DNA of 64,000 bases from Candidatus Collierbacteria bacterium RIFOXYD2_FULL_45_13 (GCA_001774685.1 MFAS01000001.1:9268-73267), one strand, 5' to 3'; shown: positions 30,667-40,689, counted from the first letter of the stretch. Notes: generated by a model from the sequence alone, not told the origin. Numbers and translations: made by a program.

Positions 30667-31701
30667 ATATCTAATCTCATCTTCAAGTGCCAGCCCTATT
30701 GTCTCCTTTGCCCTTTTCACGATCTCGTCTCTTATTGCCAAATAATCTCTTGCCTTTGCCCCGCCGGTATTCACGATAAAGTTATGATGATCAGGAGAAA
30801 TCATTGCTCCACCCACTTTGTACCCCGTCATGTTTAGAATATGTTCGACAATATACCCTGTTGCCGTGGTCGGATATCCGAGTATTTCCCGGTCTTTTTC
30901 CGAGATGTTCTTGAACACACACCCTGCTGAGTAAAACGGCTGAGAAGACTTTCTTTTTCTCCATTCGCCAGCCACACTTCTTGCCTTTTCCACGTCCCCT
31001 TTTCTTAAACTTAAAACCACTTCCAAAACAATTTCTCCTGATTGATGGAGTCTCGAAGAATCGTACTCAAATCGCATGCTCTTAGCCGGTATCTTGATCA
31101 CGTCACCAGGCTTGGTCAATAGCACCACATATTTAACTATCTCCGAAAACACATGCCGCCCGCCGTGAATATTGTTAAACACAGCCCCACCCACTGTACC
31201 CGGTATCCTGGAGTACCACTGCAAACCAGTGATCTCCTGATCAAATAGGTGAAACATTGCCACCTGGAGATTCACACCACTATCAATAGCCACTTCCACA
31301 TCTGGGTATTCACTTTCATCATAATCCAAATCAGAAAAATCATAGCGCATCGTCCCCATCTTCGATCCCACCCAACGCGGATCAATCGCAATGTTCCTGT
31401 GTTTCTTAAATCCAAAAATATTTTTTTCCCTTACCTCCATCTCCCCACCACAGTTTTTTACGACAAGTCCACGAACTCCCTTATCAGAAACAAGAATGTT
31501 ACTACCGCCACCAATTATCGTCACCGGCACTTCAAAACTTCTAGCCAGTCGAACGGCCTTTATCAGCTCACCGGAATTATGCGCCTCATAAAACAAATCA
31601 GCCGGACCACCGATTTTCAACGTTGTGTGAGTAGACAAGGGCTCATCTAACTTAACCCTCTCCGGATCCAAACTCTTGATTAACCCGTCAAAATTACTCA
31701 A
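30643..31701 (-). CDS. murB: UDP-N-acetylenolpyruvoylglucosamine reductase
   Basis: HTTLKIGGPAD, GGGSNILVSD, IPGTVGGA, SAGCVFKN, HHNFIVNTGGA. Confidence 0.95.
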   Translation of the reverse strand: MSNFDGLIKSLDPERVKLDEPLSTHTTLKIGGPADLFYEAHNSGELIKAVRLARSFEVPVTIIGGGSNILVSDKGVRGLVVKNCGGEMEVREKNIFGFKKHRNIAIDPRWVGSKMGTMRYDFSDLDYDESEYPDVEVAIDSGVNLQVAMFHLFDQEITGLQWYSRIPGTVGGAVFNNIHGGRHVFSEIVKYVVLLTKPGDVIKIPAKSMRFEYDSSRLHQSGEIVLEVVLSLRKGDVEKARSVAGEWRKRKSSQPFYSAGCVFKNISEKDREILGYPTTATGYIVEHILNMTGYKVGGAMISPDHHNFIVNTGGAKARDYLAIRDEIVKRAKETIGLALEDEIRYLGEFEDR

Positions 31702-31725
31702 GCCATATCATTCTAGCATTCATTC

Positions 31726-31768
31726 GTCATTGCGAGTTTCGTACTCGAACCGTGGCAATCTCACTCCA
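31726..31768. repeat. CGTC-type REP-like palindromic repeat, copy 2
   Basis: CGTCATTGCGAGTTTCGTACTCGAACCGTGGCAATCTCACTCCA. Confidence 0.6.
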
Positions 31769-31790
31769 TCGTTGCAGTATAATCGATCTC

Positions 31791-33101
31791 ATGGAACGAA
31801 CATATATCAAAAACGTTAGAGAACATCTAGGACCTATCTCGGTCTCCGGCTTTGCTCAAATCATCAGGAAACAAGGTGGTATCGCCTTCGTCGTCCTTCG
31901 CGACATTACCGGTATCATCCAGACAGTAATTCTCAAATCAAACACTGAGAGTTTCGAAATTGTCCAAAATCTTTCTCTCGAATCAGTCATCACCATCACC
32001 GGAGAAGCCAAAGAAAACACTCAAGCACCGGGGGGCGTCGAGATTTTAGTAGAAAAAATTGAAGTTCTTTCCAAAGCCCAACCGAAGCTTCCGATCCCCG
32101 TAGACGAAAAAGGCGAAGGCGAAACCAACTTAGACACTCGTCTTGACTGGCGTTACCTTGATCTCCGTAAAGAGAAAAACACCTTGATTTTCAAGGTTTG
32201 GACCCTCATGGATCAGGTCTACACCAACTTTCTTACCGATCAAGGTTTTATCCAGATTCACTCTCCCAAATTGATGAGCACCCCAAGCGAAACCAAAGCT
32301 GAACTTTTTGAAGTTAAATATTTCGAAGCAAAAGCCTATCTTGCCCAATCTCCTCAGTTTTACAAACAGATGGCTCAAGCTGCCGGTTTTGAAAAGGTTT
32401 TTGAAATTGGTCCCGTCTTCCGGGCAGATCCTTCCTTTACCTCTCGCCACAATACCGAATTCACCGGCTATGATCTAGAAATGTCCTTTATCAAATCTCA
32501 CGAGGACATCATGCAGCTGGAAGAAAAACTTCTAATAGAAATTATCAAGGTAGTAAATGAAAAATACGGACACGAGATAAAATCTATCTTCAATCGGGAA
32601 ATTCCCATCCCTATCATGCCCTTCCCCAGAATTACTTTTGCAGAAGCCAAGGCTATCACCAAAGGTCAGGGTGTGTCGGCTGAAAAACCATCAGACATGT
32701 CGGCCGAAGAGGAAAGAGTTCTTGGGACTTATGTCAAAGAGAAATATAACCATGAATTTGTCTTTATTACCGACTATCCCATTGAGGGCCGTCCCTTCTA
32801 TCACATGAGACATGAGGATAACTCCAAGCTTACCAAAAGCTTTGACTTACTCTGGAATGGTCTCGAAATCACCACCGGTGCCCAACGCGAACACCGCTAT
32901 GATGTCCTCAAGGCTCAAGCGATCGAAAAAGATTTGGATCCCGAAGGCCTTGCCGGTTATCTAGACTTCTTCAAGTATGGCTGCCCGCCCCACGGCGGTT
33001 TCGGAGCTGGTCCCAATCGCTTTATCATGAAAATGCTCGGGTTAGATAATATTCGCGAAGCCACCTACATCTACCGCGGCGTCAAACGCCTCACACCGTA
33101 G
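31791..33101 (+). CDS. aspS: Aspartate--tRNA ligase, archaeal/eukaryote-like type (possibly non-discriminating)
   Basis: YLAQSPQFYKQ, GPVFRAD, RPFYHM, GAQREH, PPHGGFG; short (no GAD insert); TATAAT plus 7 nt before ATG. Confidence 0.92.
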   Translation: MERTYIKNVREHLGPISVSGFAQIIRKQGGIAFVVLRDITGIIQTVILKSNTESFEIVQNLSLESVITITGEAKENTQAPGGVEILVEKIEVLSKAQPKLPIPVDEKGEGETNLDTRLDWRYLDLRKEKNTLIFKVWTLMDQVYTNFLTDQGFIQIHSPKLMSTPSETKAELFEVKYFEAKAYLAQSPQFYKQMAQAAGFEKVFEIGPVFRADPSFTSRHNTEFTGYDLEMSFIKSHEDIMQLEEKLLIEIIKVVNEKYGHEIKSIFNREIPIPIMPFPRITFAEAKAITKGQGVSAEKPSDMSAEEERVLGTYVKEKYNHEFVFITDYPIEGRPFYHMRHEDNSKLTKSFDLLWNGLEITTGAQREHRYDVLKAQAIEKDLDPEGLAGYLDFFKYGCPPHGGFGAGPNRFIMKMLGLDNIREATYIYRGVKRLTP

Positions 33102-33159
33102 CTAATATACCCTCACCACACCAAATTCTTCGGTGTTCATAAAATGATAATATTAGACC

Positions 33160-33930
33160 ATGAAAGTTTACAGACATATTATCGTTCCCGTAACTCTATC
33201 AGCTTGTATTGCCACCAGTTTTGGCATCTTGCTTCAAAATTTCATTGGCAAGGAATATTTTCTTGAAGATATCGGAGGAATCGGATGGCTACTTGGAGTC
33301 GTCGGCACAATTTATACACTTGTGGCCGCTTTTACTATGGTCGAGGTTTGGAATCAATTCAATAACACCAGCAAACTTATTTCCAATGAAGCTAAATCAA
33401 TTATTTCCCTCTGGAACTACACCGACTATCTCAACGACAAAAACATCGACCAAAAGATGCAAACATCTCTCCTGGCTTATCTCGACCAAACACTAACCAA
33501 GGAACACGATCAAGCCTCAAAAGGAATTAGATCGCTTCAACCTTCCCAGGAAATTATCACTATTCGAAAAGTAATCGACGAAATAGAATTCGATGACAAA
33601 CGGGATGCCAGTATTTTTCCTATTCTCACCCAAGCATATGAGGAACTGTCCACCGCTAGAAATGATCGGATAGAGGCCGGTGTTACCCGCCTTCCCGCTA
33701 TGATCAAAATATTCTTCATCTCCCTTTCCCTAATGCTCATGGTCAGCTATATTTTAGTCGGATATGTTCACCTCCCCCTATATATCATTCACACCATTTT
33801 TGGCGCTTCAATCATTTCTCTCACTTACAAAATAATATTTGATCTGGATAACCCATTTGATGGCTTCTGGAATATTGATTATTCTGCCATGACACAAGCC
33901 AAAGAATATATCACCAACAACCGACATTAG
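33160..33930 (+). CDS. DUF4239/bestrophin-like membrane protein
   Basis: Two pairs of TM helices, AFTMVEVW, NEA, C-terminal DLDNPFDG. Confidence 0.7.
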   Translation: MKVYRHIIVPVTLSACIATSFGILLQNFIGKEYFLEDIGGIGWLLGVVGTIYTLVAAFTMVEVWNQFNNTSKLISNEAKSIISLWNYTDYLNDKNIDQKMQTSLLAYLDQTLTKEHDQASKGIRSLQPSQEIITIRKVIDEIEFDDKRDASIFPILTQAYEELSTARNDRIEAGVTRLPAMIKIFFISLSLMLMVSYILVGYVHLPLYIIHTIFGASIISLTYKIIFDLDNPFDGFWNIDYSAMTQAKEYITNNRH

Positions 33931-34004
33931 TACCGATGTCGTTCTCATACTAAATTTGGGAAACTTCCATGAAGCGATCCCCCTACCGCATCAAACACCT
34001 AGTC

Positions 34005-34062
34005 ACCTGCAAGGACCATCCTTACAGGTCGTGACACTGTGTCACTGTGGTACCGTGGCACT
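34005..34062. repeat. REP-like hairpin followed by four degenerate 8-mer tandem units
   Basis: ACCTGCAAGGA-cca-TCCTTACAGGT, then gtgacact gtgtcact gtggtacc gtggcact. Confidence 0.5.
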
Positions 34063-34078
34063 ATATAATAGACGCATC

Positions 34079-35455
34079 ATGGATAACCAAGCTACTCTCG
34101 AAAAAGTCATCTCCCTCGCCAAGCGACGTGGTTTCATTTTTCCTGGGTCGGAAATCTACGGCGGTCTAGCGAATACCTATGACTTCGGACCTCTCGGCAC
34201 CGAACTTAAACGAAACCTTATCAACCTCTGGTGGAAATCTTTCGTTACCGACCGTTCGGATATGTACGGTTTGGACACCTCCATTCTCATGAGTCCCAAA
34301 GTTTGGGAGGCTTCAGGTCATACGGCTAACTTTACAAACGTCATGATCGACTGCCTTACCTGTCACTACCGTACCCGAGCCGATCACCTTATCGAAGATA
34401 AAGTCGAAGATATTGGTAACGTCGAAGGCAAACCTCTCGAAGAACTGGACCAAATCATCAAAGACAACGAAATCGAATGTCCCAAGTGCGGCAGTCAGCA
34501 TTGGACCAAAACCAGAAACTTCAATCAGCTTTTCGAAACCCAAATCGGTATTATCACCGAAGGCAAAAATACCGCCTATCTTCGCGGTGAACTGGCTCAG
34601 GGTATGTTTGTTGACTTTAAACAGGTTCTAGATTCACTCCACCCCAAACTTCCCTTTGGTCTCGCTCAATCAGGCAAAGCCTTCCGAAACGAAATCACCA
34701 TGGGCAAGTTTACTTTCCGTACCTTAGAGTTTGATCTGGCCGAATTCGAATATTTCGTGAAGCCGGCAGATTGGGAAACACATTTTGAATATTGGAAAAA
34801 AGAAATGTATCAATTTGCCTTATCTGTCGGTATACCCGCGGAAAAACTTCGCTGGAGATCACATTCCAAAGAAGAACTTAGTCACTACAGTTCGCGCACC
34901 GAAGACCTCGAATATGAATTTCCGTGGGGCTTCAAAGAAATGTTTGGTCTTGCCTACCGCACCGACTTCGATCTCAAGAATCATATCGAAAAGTCCGGCG
35001 TCGACCTACGCTATACCGATCCATATACTCAAGAAAAGTTTATCCCCCACGTCATCGAGCCCACTTTTGGCCTTTCCCGCCTTCTCACCATTATTCTCAT
35101 GAACGCATACTTCGAAGACTCAGAGAAAAACCGGGTGGTCATGAAGTTTCCGAACCAGCTCTCACCCTACCAGGTCGCCGTTTTTCCACTTCTCGGGAAC
35201 AAAGACGAACTCCTCAACAAAGCTCGGGAAGTCGCCGCCTCTCTCAGGGGCCAATTTCGGGTTGCTGTTGACGAAAGAGGCAACATCGGCAAACGTTACT
35301 TTACTCAGGACGAAATCGGCACCCCTTTCTGTATTACTGTCGATTTCGACACGCTTAAAGATAGCTCTGTGACGGTCCGAAACCGCGATACCATGACTCA
35401 GGAGCGGATCGCCATCGATAATCTTCCCGGTTTCCTACTTGATCATCTATCTTAG
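34079..35455 (+). CDS. glyS: Glycine--tRNA ligase (alpha2 type)
   Basis: KRRGFIFPGSEIYGG, WEASGH, YLRGELAQG, FRNEIT, PHVIEP, DEIGTPFCITVD. Confidence 0.96.
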   Translation: MDNQATLEKVISLAKRRGFIFPGSEIYGGLANTYDFGPLGTELKRNLINLWWKSFVTDRSDMYGLDTSILMSPKVWEASGHTANFTNVMIDCLTCHYRTRADHLIEDKVEDIGNVEGKPLEELDQIIKDNEIECPKCGSQHWTKTRNFNQLFETQIGIITEGKNTAYLRGELAQGMFVDFKQVLDSLHPKLPFGLAQSGKAFRNEITMGKFTFRTLEFDLAEFEYFVKPADWETHFEYWKKEMYQFALSVGIPAEKLRWRSHSKEELSHYSSRTEDLEYEFPWGFKEMFGLAYRTDFDLKNHIEKSGVDLRYTDPYTQEKFIPHVIEPTFGLSRLLTIILMNAYFEDSEKNRVVMKFPNQLSPYQVAVFPLLGNKDELLNKAREVAASLRGQFRVAVDERGNIGKRYFTQDEIGTPFCITVDFDTLKDSSVTVRNRDTMTQERIAIDNLPGFLLDHLS

Positions 35456-35475
35456 ACGTGTTACACTATAAGACG

Positions 35476-35541
35476 ATGAATCTAACTTTTGCCAAATCAT
35501 ATCATCACAACTTTCTCTTTTTTGGGAGAGGGTTGTCTTGA
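35476..35541 (+). CDS. Putative leader (attenuator) peptide MNLTFAKSYHHNFLFFGRGLS
   Basis: TGnTACACT -10 just upstream; followed by a terminator whose 5' arm can pair with the peptide's 3' codons; homologous to 39004-39066. Confidence 0.6.
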   Translation: MNLTFAKSYHHNFLFFGRGLS

Positions 35542-35562
35542 TTTCTTGTCAAAACTGAAGCT

Positions 35563-35590
35563 AACCCCCTCCTAATAAGGAGGGGTTTTT
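35563..35590 (+). terminator. Attenuator terminator before the GCS2-family gene
   Basis: AACCCCCTCC-taataa-GGAGGGGTT-TTT. Confidence 0.75.
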
Positions 35591-35640
35591 GTATCCCCAT
35601 ACCCAATTACAGAAACCAGTACTTTGACAAGGAGAAAGTT

Positions 35641-36579
35641 ATGCGTAGATTGTTGGATTATTTTTCGAACGGAATTACTTCTAGTACGCTTCAGACTGTC
35701 GGCATGGAGGTTGAAACCCAGTTCGTAACCGAGTCGGGAGAACCAATCTCAGTAGATACTTCCCAGGCCATCCTTCGCAGGCTGTCGAAATTCCCAGGCT
35801 GGAAAGTCAACAAAACAAAGGGCAATCTCATTACAGAGCTCGCTGGGGATACTGGCGCATTTTTTTCATATGAGCTAGGCCGTCACAACATTGAGTACTC
35901 CAGCGCTCCACTGTCAACATCGCATATTCCCTCCCTACCTCAAATTTCTCTTTACAACCTCTATTTTTGTGCCAAAAAATTCGGCGCCTATCCCTATTTT
36001 GGTCCGATCCTGAAAGGTACAGAGGACCTTCTTGTTATTCCAGACGAACGTGATGCTAATTGGCTCAAACTTGACGGCCGTGAAGCCCTTGCCCCGCTGG
36101 CGCGCACCTCATCTGTCCAGTTCACCATCTCTGTTTCGCCAAGTGATGCCATAAGTATTCTCAACGACCTGGGGTCGAACATGGGTAAGTTTCTACCCAG
36201 TTATCCCCAGGATCAAGTCTGGAAAGAATATGTCGCAAGCTCCAAAGCCAATTATCGACCTGACAGGTATGGTGGCCCTCTGATCTTTGCCAATCTTGAA
36301 AATTATTGTGAGCTTCTCAGCCGTCACGACGTGATACAAGGAACTACTCTCGTGCCTTTTTCCAAGGCCCAAAACCTTGATATCCCTCTCTACCTCCGCA
36401 GTATCTGGTGGCACTTCCGACTCAAACGTTACGGAAACAGCCTCTGTATCGAAGTCCGTCCGCTACCGCGACTCGAAGATTCAAATTTCAACAGCCAATT
36501 CAAATTTGTTAAAGATATCTTCAGTCCGTATCGCACCCGTCGACCCGGCCACTATTCCGGTCCGGGCTGGGGACACTAA
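35641..36579 (+). CDS. Glutamate--cysteine ligase family (GCS2-like) carboxylate-amine ligase
   Basis: VGMEVE, YELGRHNIEYSS, TSSVQFT, WWHFRLK...IEVRPL; AAGGAG SD. Confidence 0.72.
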   Translation: MRRLLDYFSNGITSSTLQTVGMEVETQFVTESGEPISVDTSQAILRRLSKFPGWKVNKTKGNLITELAGDTGAFFSYELGRHNIEYSSAPLSTSHIPSLPQISLYNLYFCAKKFGAYPYFGPILKGTEDLLVIPDERDANWLKLDGREALAPLARTSSVQFTISVSPSDAISILNDLGSNMGKFLPSYPQDQVWKEYVASSKANYRPDRYGGPLIFANLENYCELLSRHDVIQGTTLVPFSKAQNLDIPLYLRSIWWHFRLKRYGNSLCIEVRPLPRLEDSNFNSQFKFVKDIFSPYRTRRPGHYSGPGWGH

Positions 36580-36589
36580 ACTACTATTT

Positions 36590-36615
36590 ACCGCACCAGT
36601 AATGGTGCGGTTTTT
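36590..36615 (+). terminator. Intrinsic terminator
   Basis: ACCGCACCA-gtaa-TGGTGCGGT-TTTT. Confidence 0.75.
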
Positions 36616-37696
36616 ATATCAACCCCAAATACTTCCTCATCCCTTCATAGAAGGTCATCACCGAATCCAGATCTACCCACTCATCAGCTGAGTGAATCTC
36701 CCCACCCAGCGGCTTATGCATCAGTACCGGTGCCTTGGTCTGGGCAAAATGTCTGGCGTCAGACGCACCGTAAGTTTGTTTCACCGAGATTTTCTTCCCA
36801 AACACCTCTTCCATAACTCCAATATATTTTATAACTTCCGGATCATTTATATCTGTGAAGGTTGGAAGTCCAGTCGACAGTTTGGAAACTTCCATCTCCA
36901 GTCCCAGAGCCTTTATCTTTTCCTCCACTACCGAGATAATACTTTCGATCGAATCCGTCTCTGGATACCTAAAGTCAATTTTCATTTCTGCTTCTGGACA
37001 TACCTGATTTGTCGAAACACCACCATTAATTGTGCCAAGATTCATTGTCGTCTTCCAACTTTCGGTTAGATTGTTGTCACCATAAGTTTTTAGTAACTCA
37101 GACCCCAGCTTAATCAGAGAATCAATTGCGTTCTTACCCAGCCACGGCCTCGAAGCATGGGCCGGTTTTCCCCTGGCCACCAGTTTTAGTTGACACACCC
37201 CTTTTGCTTTATCAACAAAGTTAAGATTCTCTCCCCCGTCGGGAACTATTAATATTTTTGGGGCAAATCCACGCTCCGCCACCACCTTCGCTCCTTCCAG
37301 CCCTCCAACCTCCTCATCGGTGGTAATCATCAGACAAAAATCAACGTTCTTCTCTTTAGCTTCGTTCAAAAGTGCCACTCCCAACGGGATCGAGAACTTC
37401 ATGTCACAAGTGCCCCGGCCAATAGCTTTACCGTCTTCTACTTTCATCTCAAACTGGTCATCCCTTCCGGCCACCACATCCATATGCACCATATAACAGT
37501 ACTGGGGCGAATCACTTTTTTTCACCGACGCTATCATGACTTCGGCTTTTCCATTATAAATTCTCTGAACATCAACCCCTTCCACAATCAAGTCTTGGAC
37601 ATAATTTATAGCCTTTGAATTCTCTTGAATTTCTCCCGATAGCGTCTTCATCGCCACCAAGTCTCTCAGTTGTTTTGTTAAGTCTTCCTTAGTCAT
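36614..37696 (-). CDS. M20 family metallopeptidase/amidohydrolase (DapE/ArgE-like)
   Basis: HMDVV, GRGTCDMK, TDEEVG, HASRPW.G.NAI, GASDAR, IHSADEWV. Confidence 0.9.
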   Translation of the reverse strand: MTKEDLTKQLRDLVAMKTLSGEIQENSKAINYVQDLIVEGVDVQRIYNGKAEVMIASVKKSDSPQYCYMVHMDVVAGRDDQFEMKVEDGKAIGRGTCDMKFSIPLGVALLNEAKEKNVDFCLMITTDEEVGGLEGAKVVAERGFAPKILIVPDGGENLNFVDKAKGVCQLKLVARGKPAHASRPWLGKNAIDSLIKLGSELLKTYGDNNLTESWKTTMNLGTINGGVSTNQVCPEAEMKIDFRYPETDSIESIISVVEEKIKALGLEMEVSKLSTGLPTFTDINDPEVIKYIGVMEEVFGKKISVKQTYGASDARHFAQTKAPVLMHKPLGGEIHSADEWVDLDSVMTFYEGMRKYLGLI

Positions 37697-38900
37697 TTTG
37701 TTTAATTAGTTTTATTGCATCTTCCACAAATAATGTTTTTTGTTCCCCTGACCTCATGTTTTTAATTGACACCTTTCTTGCCTGCACCTCGTCACTGCCA
37801 ATCATCACCACGTATGATATTCCCTTTTTATTGGCATATTTAAGCTGCTTGTCGATTTTACAGTCCTCAGGATACAACTCCGTATTTATCCCGGCCGACC
37901 TGAAAGACTGCGCCGTTTCCATCGCCACAACTTTCTGATCGATCGAAAAAGCAACAACCAAAACACTTGTTTTCGTTTGTGTGGTTGGGATCAAGCCCAG
38001 TAACTCAGCCGCTTCCACCGTTCTATCAAATCCGAAGGCAATGCCAGTACCCGGAACTTTTAGTCCTGTTAGCCTCTCCATCAAACCGTCATATCTTTCA
38101 CCACCCCCGACAGAACCCGCCGTGTAATCTTCGATCACTATCTCCCATATCGGACCCTGAGAATAAGAGAATGATCTGGCCAGCGTGGGTTCGAATCGAT
38201 AATACTCGTTACCAAAACCGGATTTTTCAAGATACGTAACGATCGTTTTTATTGTTTCGTCTGGCTTGATGTTTTGTACCTGTTCGAGATACATATCTGC
38301 TTGAATTTTTCCGATCCCTTTACTCAGCATATCCTCAATCACCCCAGCTTCGCCAATCTTTTTGAGTTTGTCTATCGCCACAATTGCTTCATACGGGATT
38401 CCTTTCATTAGGTCCCTGCTGTTGAAAATCAGCACTGGTTTCTTAAAACCTAATGACAAATAAGTATCCAGGTTCTCTGCCATCACCTCAGCGTCAGCCG
38501 TCGCCGTAGCAATCCCAAATATATCTAAGTCGAACTGAGTAAATTCCCGATAACGTCCTCGCTGGGGATTCTCAGCCCGAAAAACAGATTGACACTGATA
38601 ACGGCGAAATGGCATCACAAGAGAGTTCAGGTTATTAGCCACGTAACGACATGTCGGTACGGTCTGGTCATAGCGTAACATCACCTCGCGTCCACCATTA
38701 TCGGTAAATTTGTAAAACAGTTTTTCATCTTCCCCTATTTCACCCTCAAACAGAGCAAACGGCTCAAGCGTTGGTGTTTCAATCGGTTCATATCCCCATC
38801 GTTCAGCCACCTCAACCATTTTGTTTTTCACCCATTGTCGCTTAACCGTTTCTGTCGGCAAAAAGTCACGGAATCCTTTTAATGTTTGTGTGTTTGTCAT
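37689..38900 (-). CDS. hisS: Histidine--tRNA ligase
   Basis: KGFRDFLP, LRYDQTVP, FRAENPQRGRYREFTQ, GGGERYD, GIAFGFDR. Confidence 0.96.
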   Translation of the reverse strand: MTNTQTLKGFRDFLPTETVKRQWVKNKMVEVAERWGYEPIETPTLEPFALFEGEIGEDEKLFYKFTDNGGREVMLRYDQTVPTCRYVANNLNSLVMPFRRYQCQSVFRAENPQRGRYREFTQFDLDIFGIATATADAEVMAENLDTYLSLGFKKPVLIFNSRDLMKGIPYEAIVAIDKLKKIGEAGVIEDMLSKGIGKIQADMYLEQVQNIKPDETIKTIVTYLEKSGFGNEYYRFEPTLARSFSYSQGPIWEIVIEDYTAGSVGGGERYDGLMERLTGLKVPGTGIAFGFDRTVEAAELLGLIPTTQTKTSVLVVAFSIDQKVVAMETAQSFRSAGINTELYPEDCKIDKQLKYANKKGISYVVMIGSDEVQARKVSIKNMRSGEQKTLFVEDAIKLIKQND

Positions 38901-38955
38901 TTTATTTATATATTCTGAATCTATTTAATAATACCTCCTACAACCTCCAAAAACG

Positions 38956-38980
38956 AAAAAACCTCCATCTGGGGAGGTTT
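38956..38980 (-). terminator. Attenuator terminator before hisS
   Basis: AAACCTCC-ccagat-GGAGGTTT-TTT on the minus strand. Confidence 0.75.
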
Positions 38981-39003
38981 ATGTCGATTTTATTAAGTGC
39001 GCG

Positions 39004-39066
39004 TTAAACCCTCCCAAAAGTATGGCTCAGAAAGGTCCAATGATAAGCAGACACAAACCAGTTCAT
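39004..39066 (-). CDS. Putative hisS leader peptide MNWFVSAYHWTFLSHTFGRV
   Basis: TGnTAGAAT 6 nt before ATG; two His codons; GGGAGGGTTT can pair with terminator arm AAACCTCCC. Confidence 0.65.
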   Translation of the reverse strand: MNWFVSAYHWTFLSHTFGRV

Positions 39067-39088
39067 GCCGATATTCTATCACAAATTC

Positions 39089-40570
39089 CTACAGCTTCTT
39101 TAGGCGTTCTGAGATCTCCAGCTCTAGGAAAGTTATGAGGTTTTCTACGTCCGCTATATCCGTCCACGGATGCATGGCCACAAACCTAAAGGCGGATCTC
39201 CCGTTGTCTACTTCGTCGTTAGTGGATACATAGTATCCATATTTTTGGTCCACTGCCTGCTGCACATCCCTCACCAAACGTCCGTATCCTTCTTTACTTA
39301 ACCCGAGATTGTTATTCAAACCAATCAGCAAGGTGTTTAGTTCCGGCACATGCAATGGTCTAAGCAAAGTAGAAGCCTTCACTCGATTAAAGCAGTATTC
39401 TGTCAGCTCGAGTGTGTGATCGAGTAGAGCCGCAAAACCATCTTTCCCTAATAGTTTCTCAGTTGCCCAAGTAGCCATCACCCCACCGGCCCCCAGTGAT
39501 CCTTCCACTCTAGCCGCGAAGCCAAAGTTTCTGTTTTCAGGGTCCCCCAACAGTCCTTTATTATCTTCAGGTTGCAAATATCTGGCACTTTTCTGGATCA
39601 GTGCGTGATCTTTTCGATTTTTAAATAGCACCGCTCCGGCTTGATACGGTACATAAAGCATCTTATGTGGGTCAACGGTAATTGAATCGGCCCTATTAAT
39701 ACCCTTGAACAAGTCGCCGCGACTAGATAAGATAAAGGGTCCTCCATAAGCCGCATCTATGTGTAAATGTGTTTTTGTCGCCGATGCCACGTTAGCCAAA
39801 CCTTCCAGGTCATCAACTTCAGCCGTCTCCGTCTCACCCGCCAAGCCTACTAACGCCAACACATGTTCGCCCTTTCGGTTAATCTTCCAGATCGCTTTTT
39901 TTGCCTCTTCGACGTCAGTTTTGTATCCTTTTCGGGGTAGTAGTGTAAGTACTACATTTTCTGTACCTAGTATCACACAAGCCTTATCAATCGAATAATG
40001 TCTCATGTCGTTTACCAAGACATGCATCACAGTCCCGGGTTTCCACTTACCGACTTCCTTTAGTTCTTTAATTTTCTTTTCTCTAGCTACCCACAATGCT
40101 GCCAAGTTCGCTAGAGTTCCGTCAGTCACTATATTTCCACTTGCTTCTCTCTTGTCATATCCAAACATGTCGATAAGCCAGTCCACAGCTTCAAGCTCCA
40201 TTTTGTGTTCAGACATCGAGACTTCTTTGACTATTGTATTGGTGTTCATATATGCTCCCACCAGGTTAGCCAAAATACCCACCTTACCTCCACTGGGATG
40301 AATTTGACCCATAAATTTATGGTCAAACCTTCTGGTAGATGACTCTCTCCGTAACAACTCTCCCATTATTTCAACTAGATCGTCTGAGTCTTTTGATCTT
40401 GACAACCAGTTCTGCGAATTCTCATCCATCTTCTCAATATCACCGCCCGTCGCGTATATCTGTGCCATCACCCTAATAGTATCTGCCCCCAGCTGTGCCA
40501 ACTTCTCCGAGGTTTCCGGCCTTCTGGGGTCAGCAAAATACTCTCTTGCTTGTTCGAATTTTTTGTTCAT
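39089..40570 (-). CDS. Group II PLP-dependent amino-acid decarboxylase
   Basis: GTLANLAAL, HYSIDKA, HIDAAYGG, DSITVDPHK (PLP lysine). Confidence 0.9.
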   Translation of the reverse strand: MNKKFEQAREYFADPRRPETSEKLAQLGADTIRVMAQIYATGGDIEKMDENSQNWLSRSKDSDDLVEIMGELLRRESSTRRFDHKFMGQIHPSGGKVGILANLVGAYMNTNTIVKEVSMSEHKMELEAVDWLIDMFGYDKREASGNIVTDGTLANLAALWVAREKKIKELKEVGKWKPGTVMHVLVNDMRHYSIDKACVILGTENVVLTLLPRKGYKTDVEEAKKAIWKINRKGEHVLALVGLAGETETAEVDDLEGLANVASATKTHLHIDAAYGGPFILSSRGDLFKGINRADSITVDPHKMLYVPYQAGAVLFKNRKDHALIQKSARYLQPEDNKGLLGDPENRNFGFAARVEGSLGAGGVMATWATEKLLGKDGFAALLDHTLELTEYCFNRVKASTLLRPLHVPELNTLLIGLNNNLGLSKEGYGRLVRDVQQAVDQKYGYYVSTNDEVDNGRSAFRFVAMHPWTDIADVENLITFLELEISERLKKL

Positions 40571-40599
40571 ATTTATTATTAATTACTATTTTTGCTTAC

Positions 40600-40689
40600 A
40601 AAAAAACACCCGTAGGTGTTTTTCCACTAAATATCTTCCCTGCTATATTCCATCTAATCCAAATGTACTACATCCATAAAATTTGTCAA
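40600..40689 (-). promoter_or_regulatory. Promoter, 8-aa uORF (MEYSREDI) and terminator upstream of the decarboxylase
   Basis: TTGACA-16 nt-TACATT, ATG at 40653, TAG at 40629-40627, AAAAACACC-tacg-GGTGTTTTTTT. Confidence 0.45.

Noticed and set aside
34040-34062. TGGTACCG upstream of glyS resembling a T-box
   Set aside because: It is part of a degenerate 8-mer tandem repeat; no antiterminator helices, Stem I or terminator are present.
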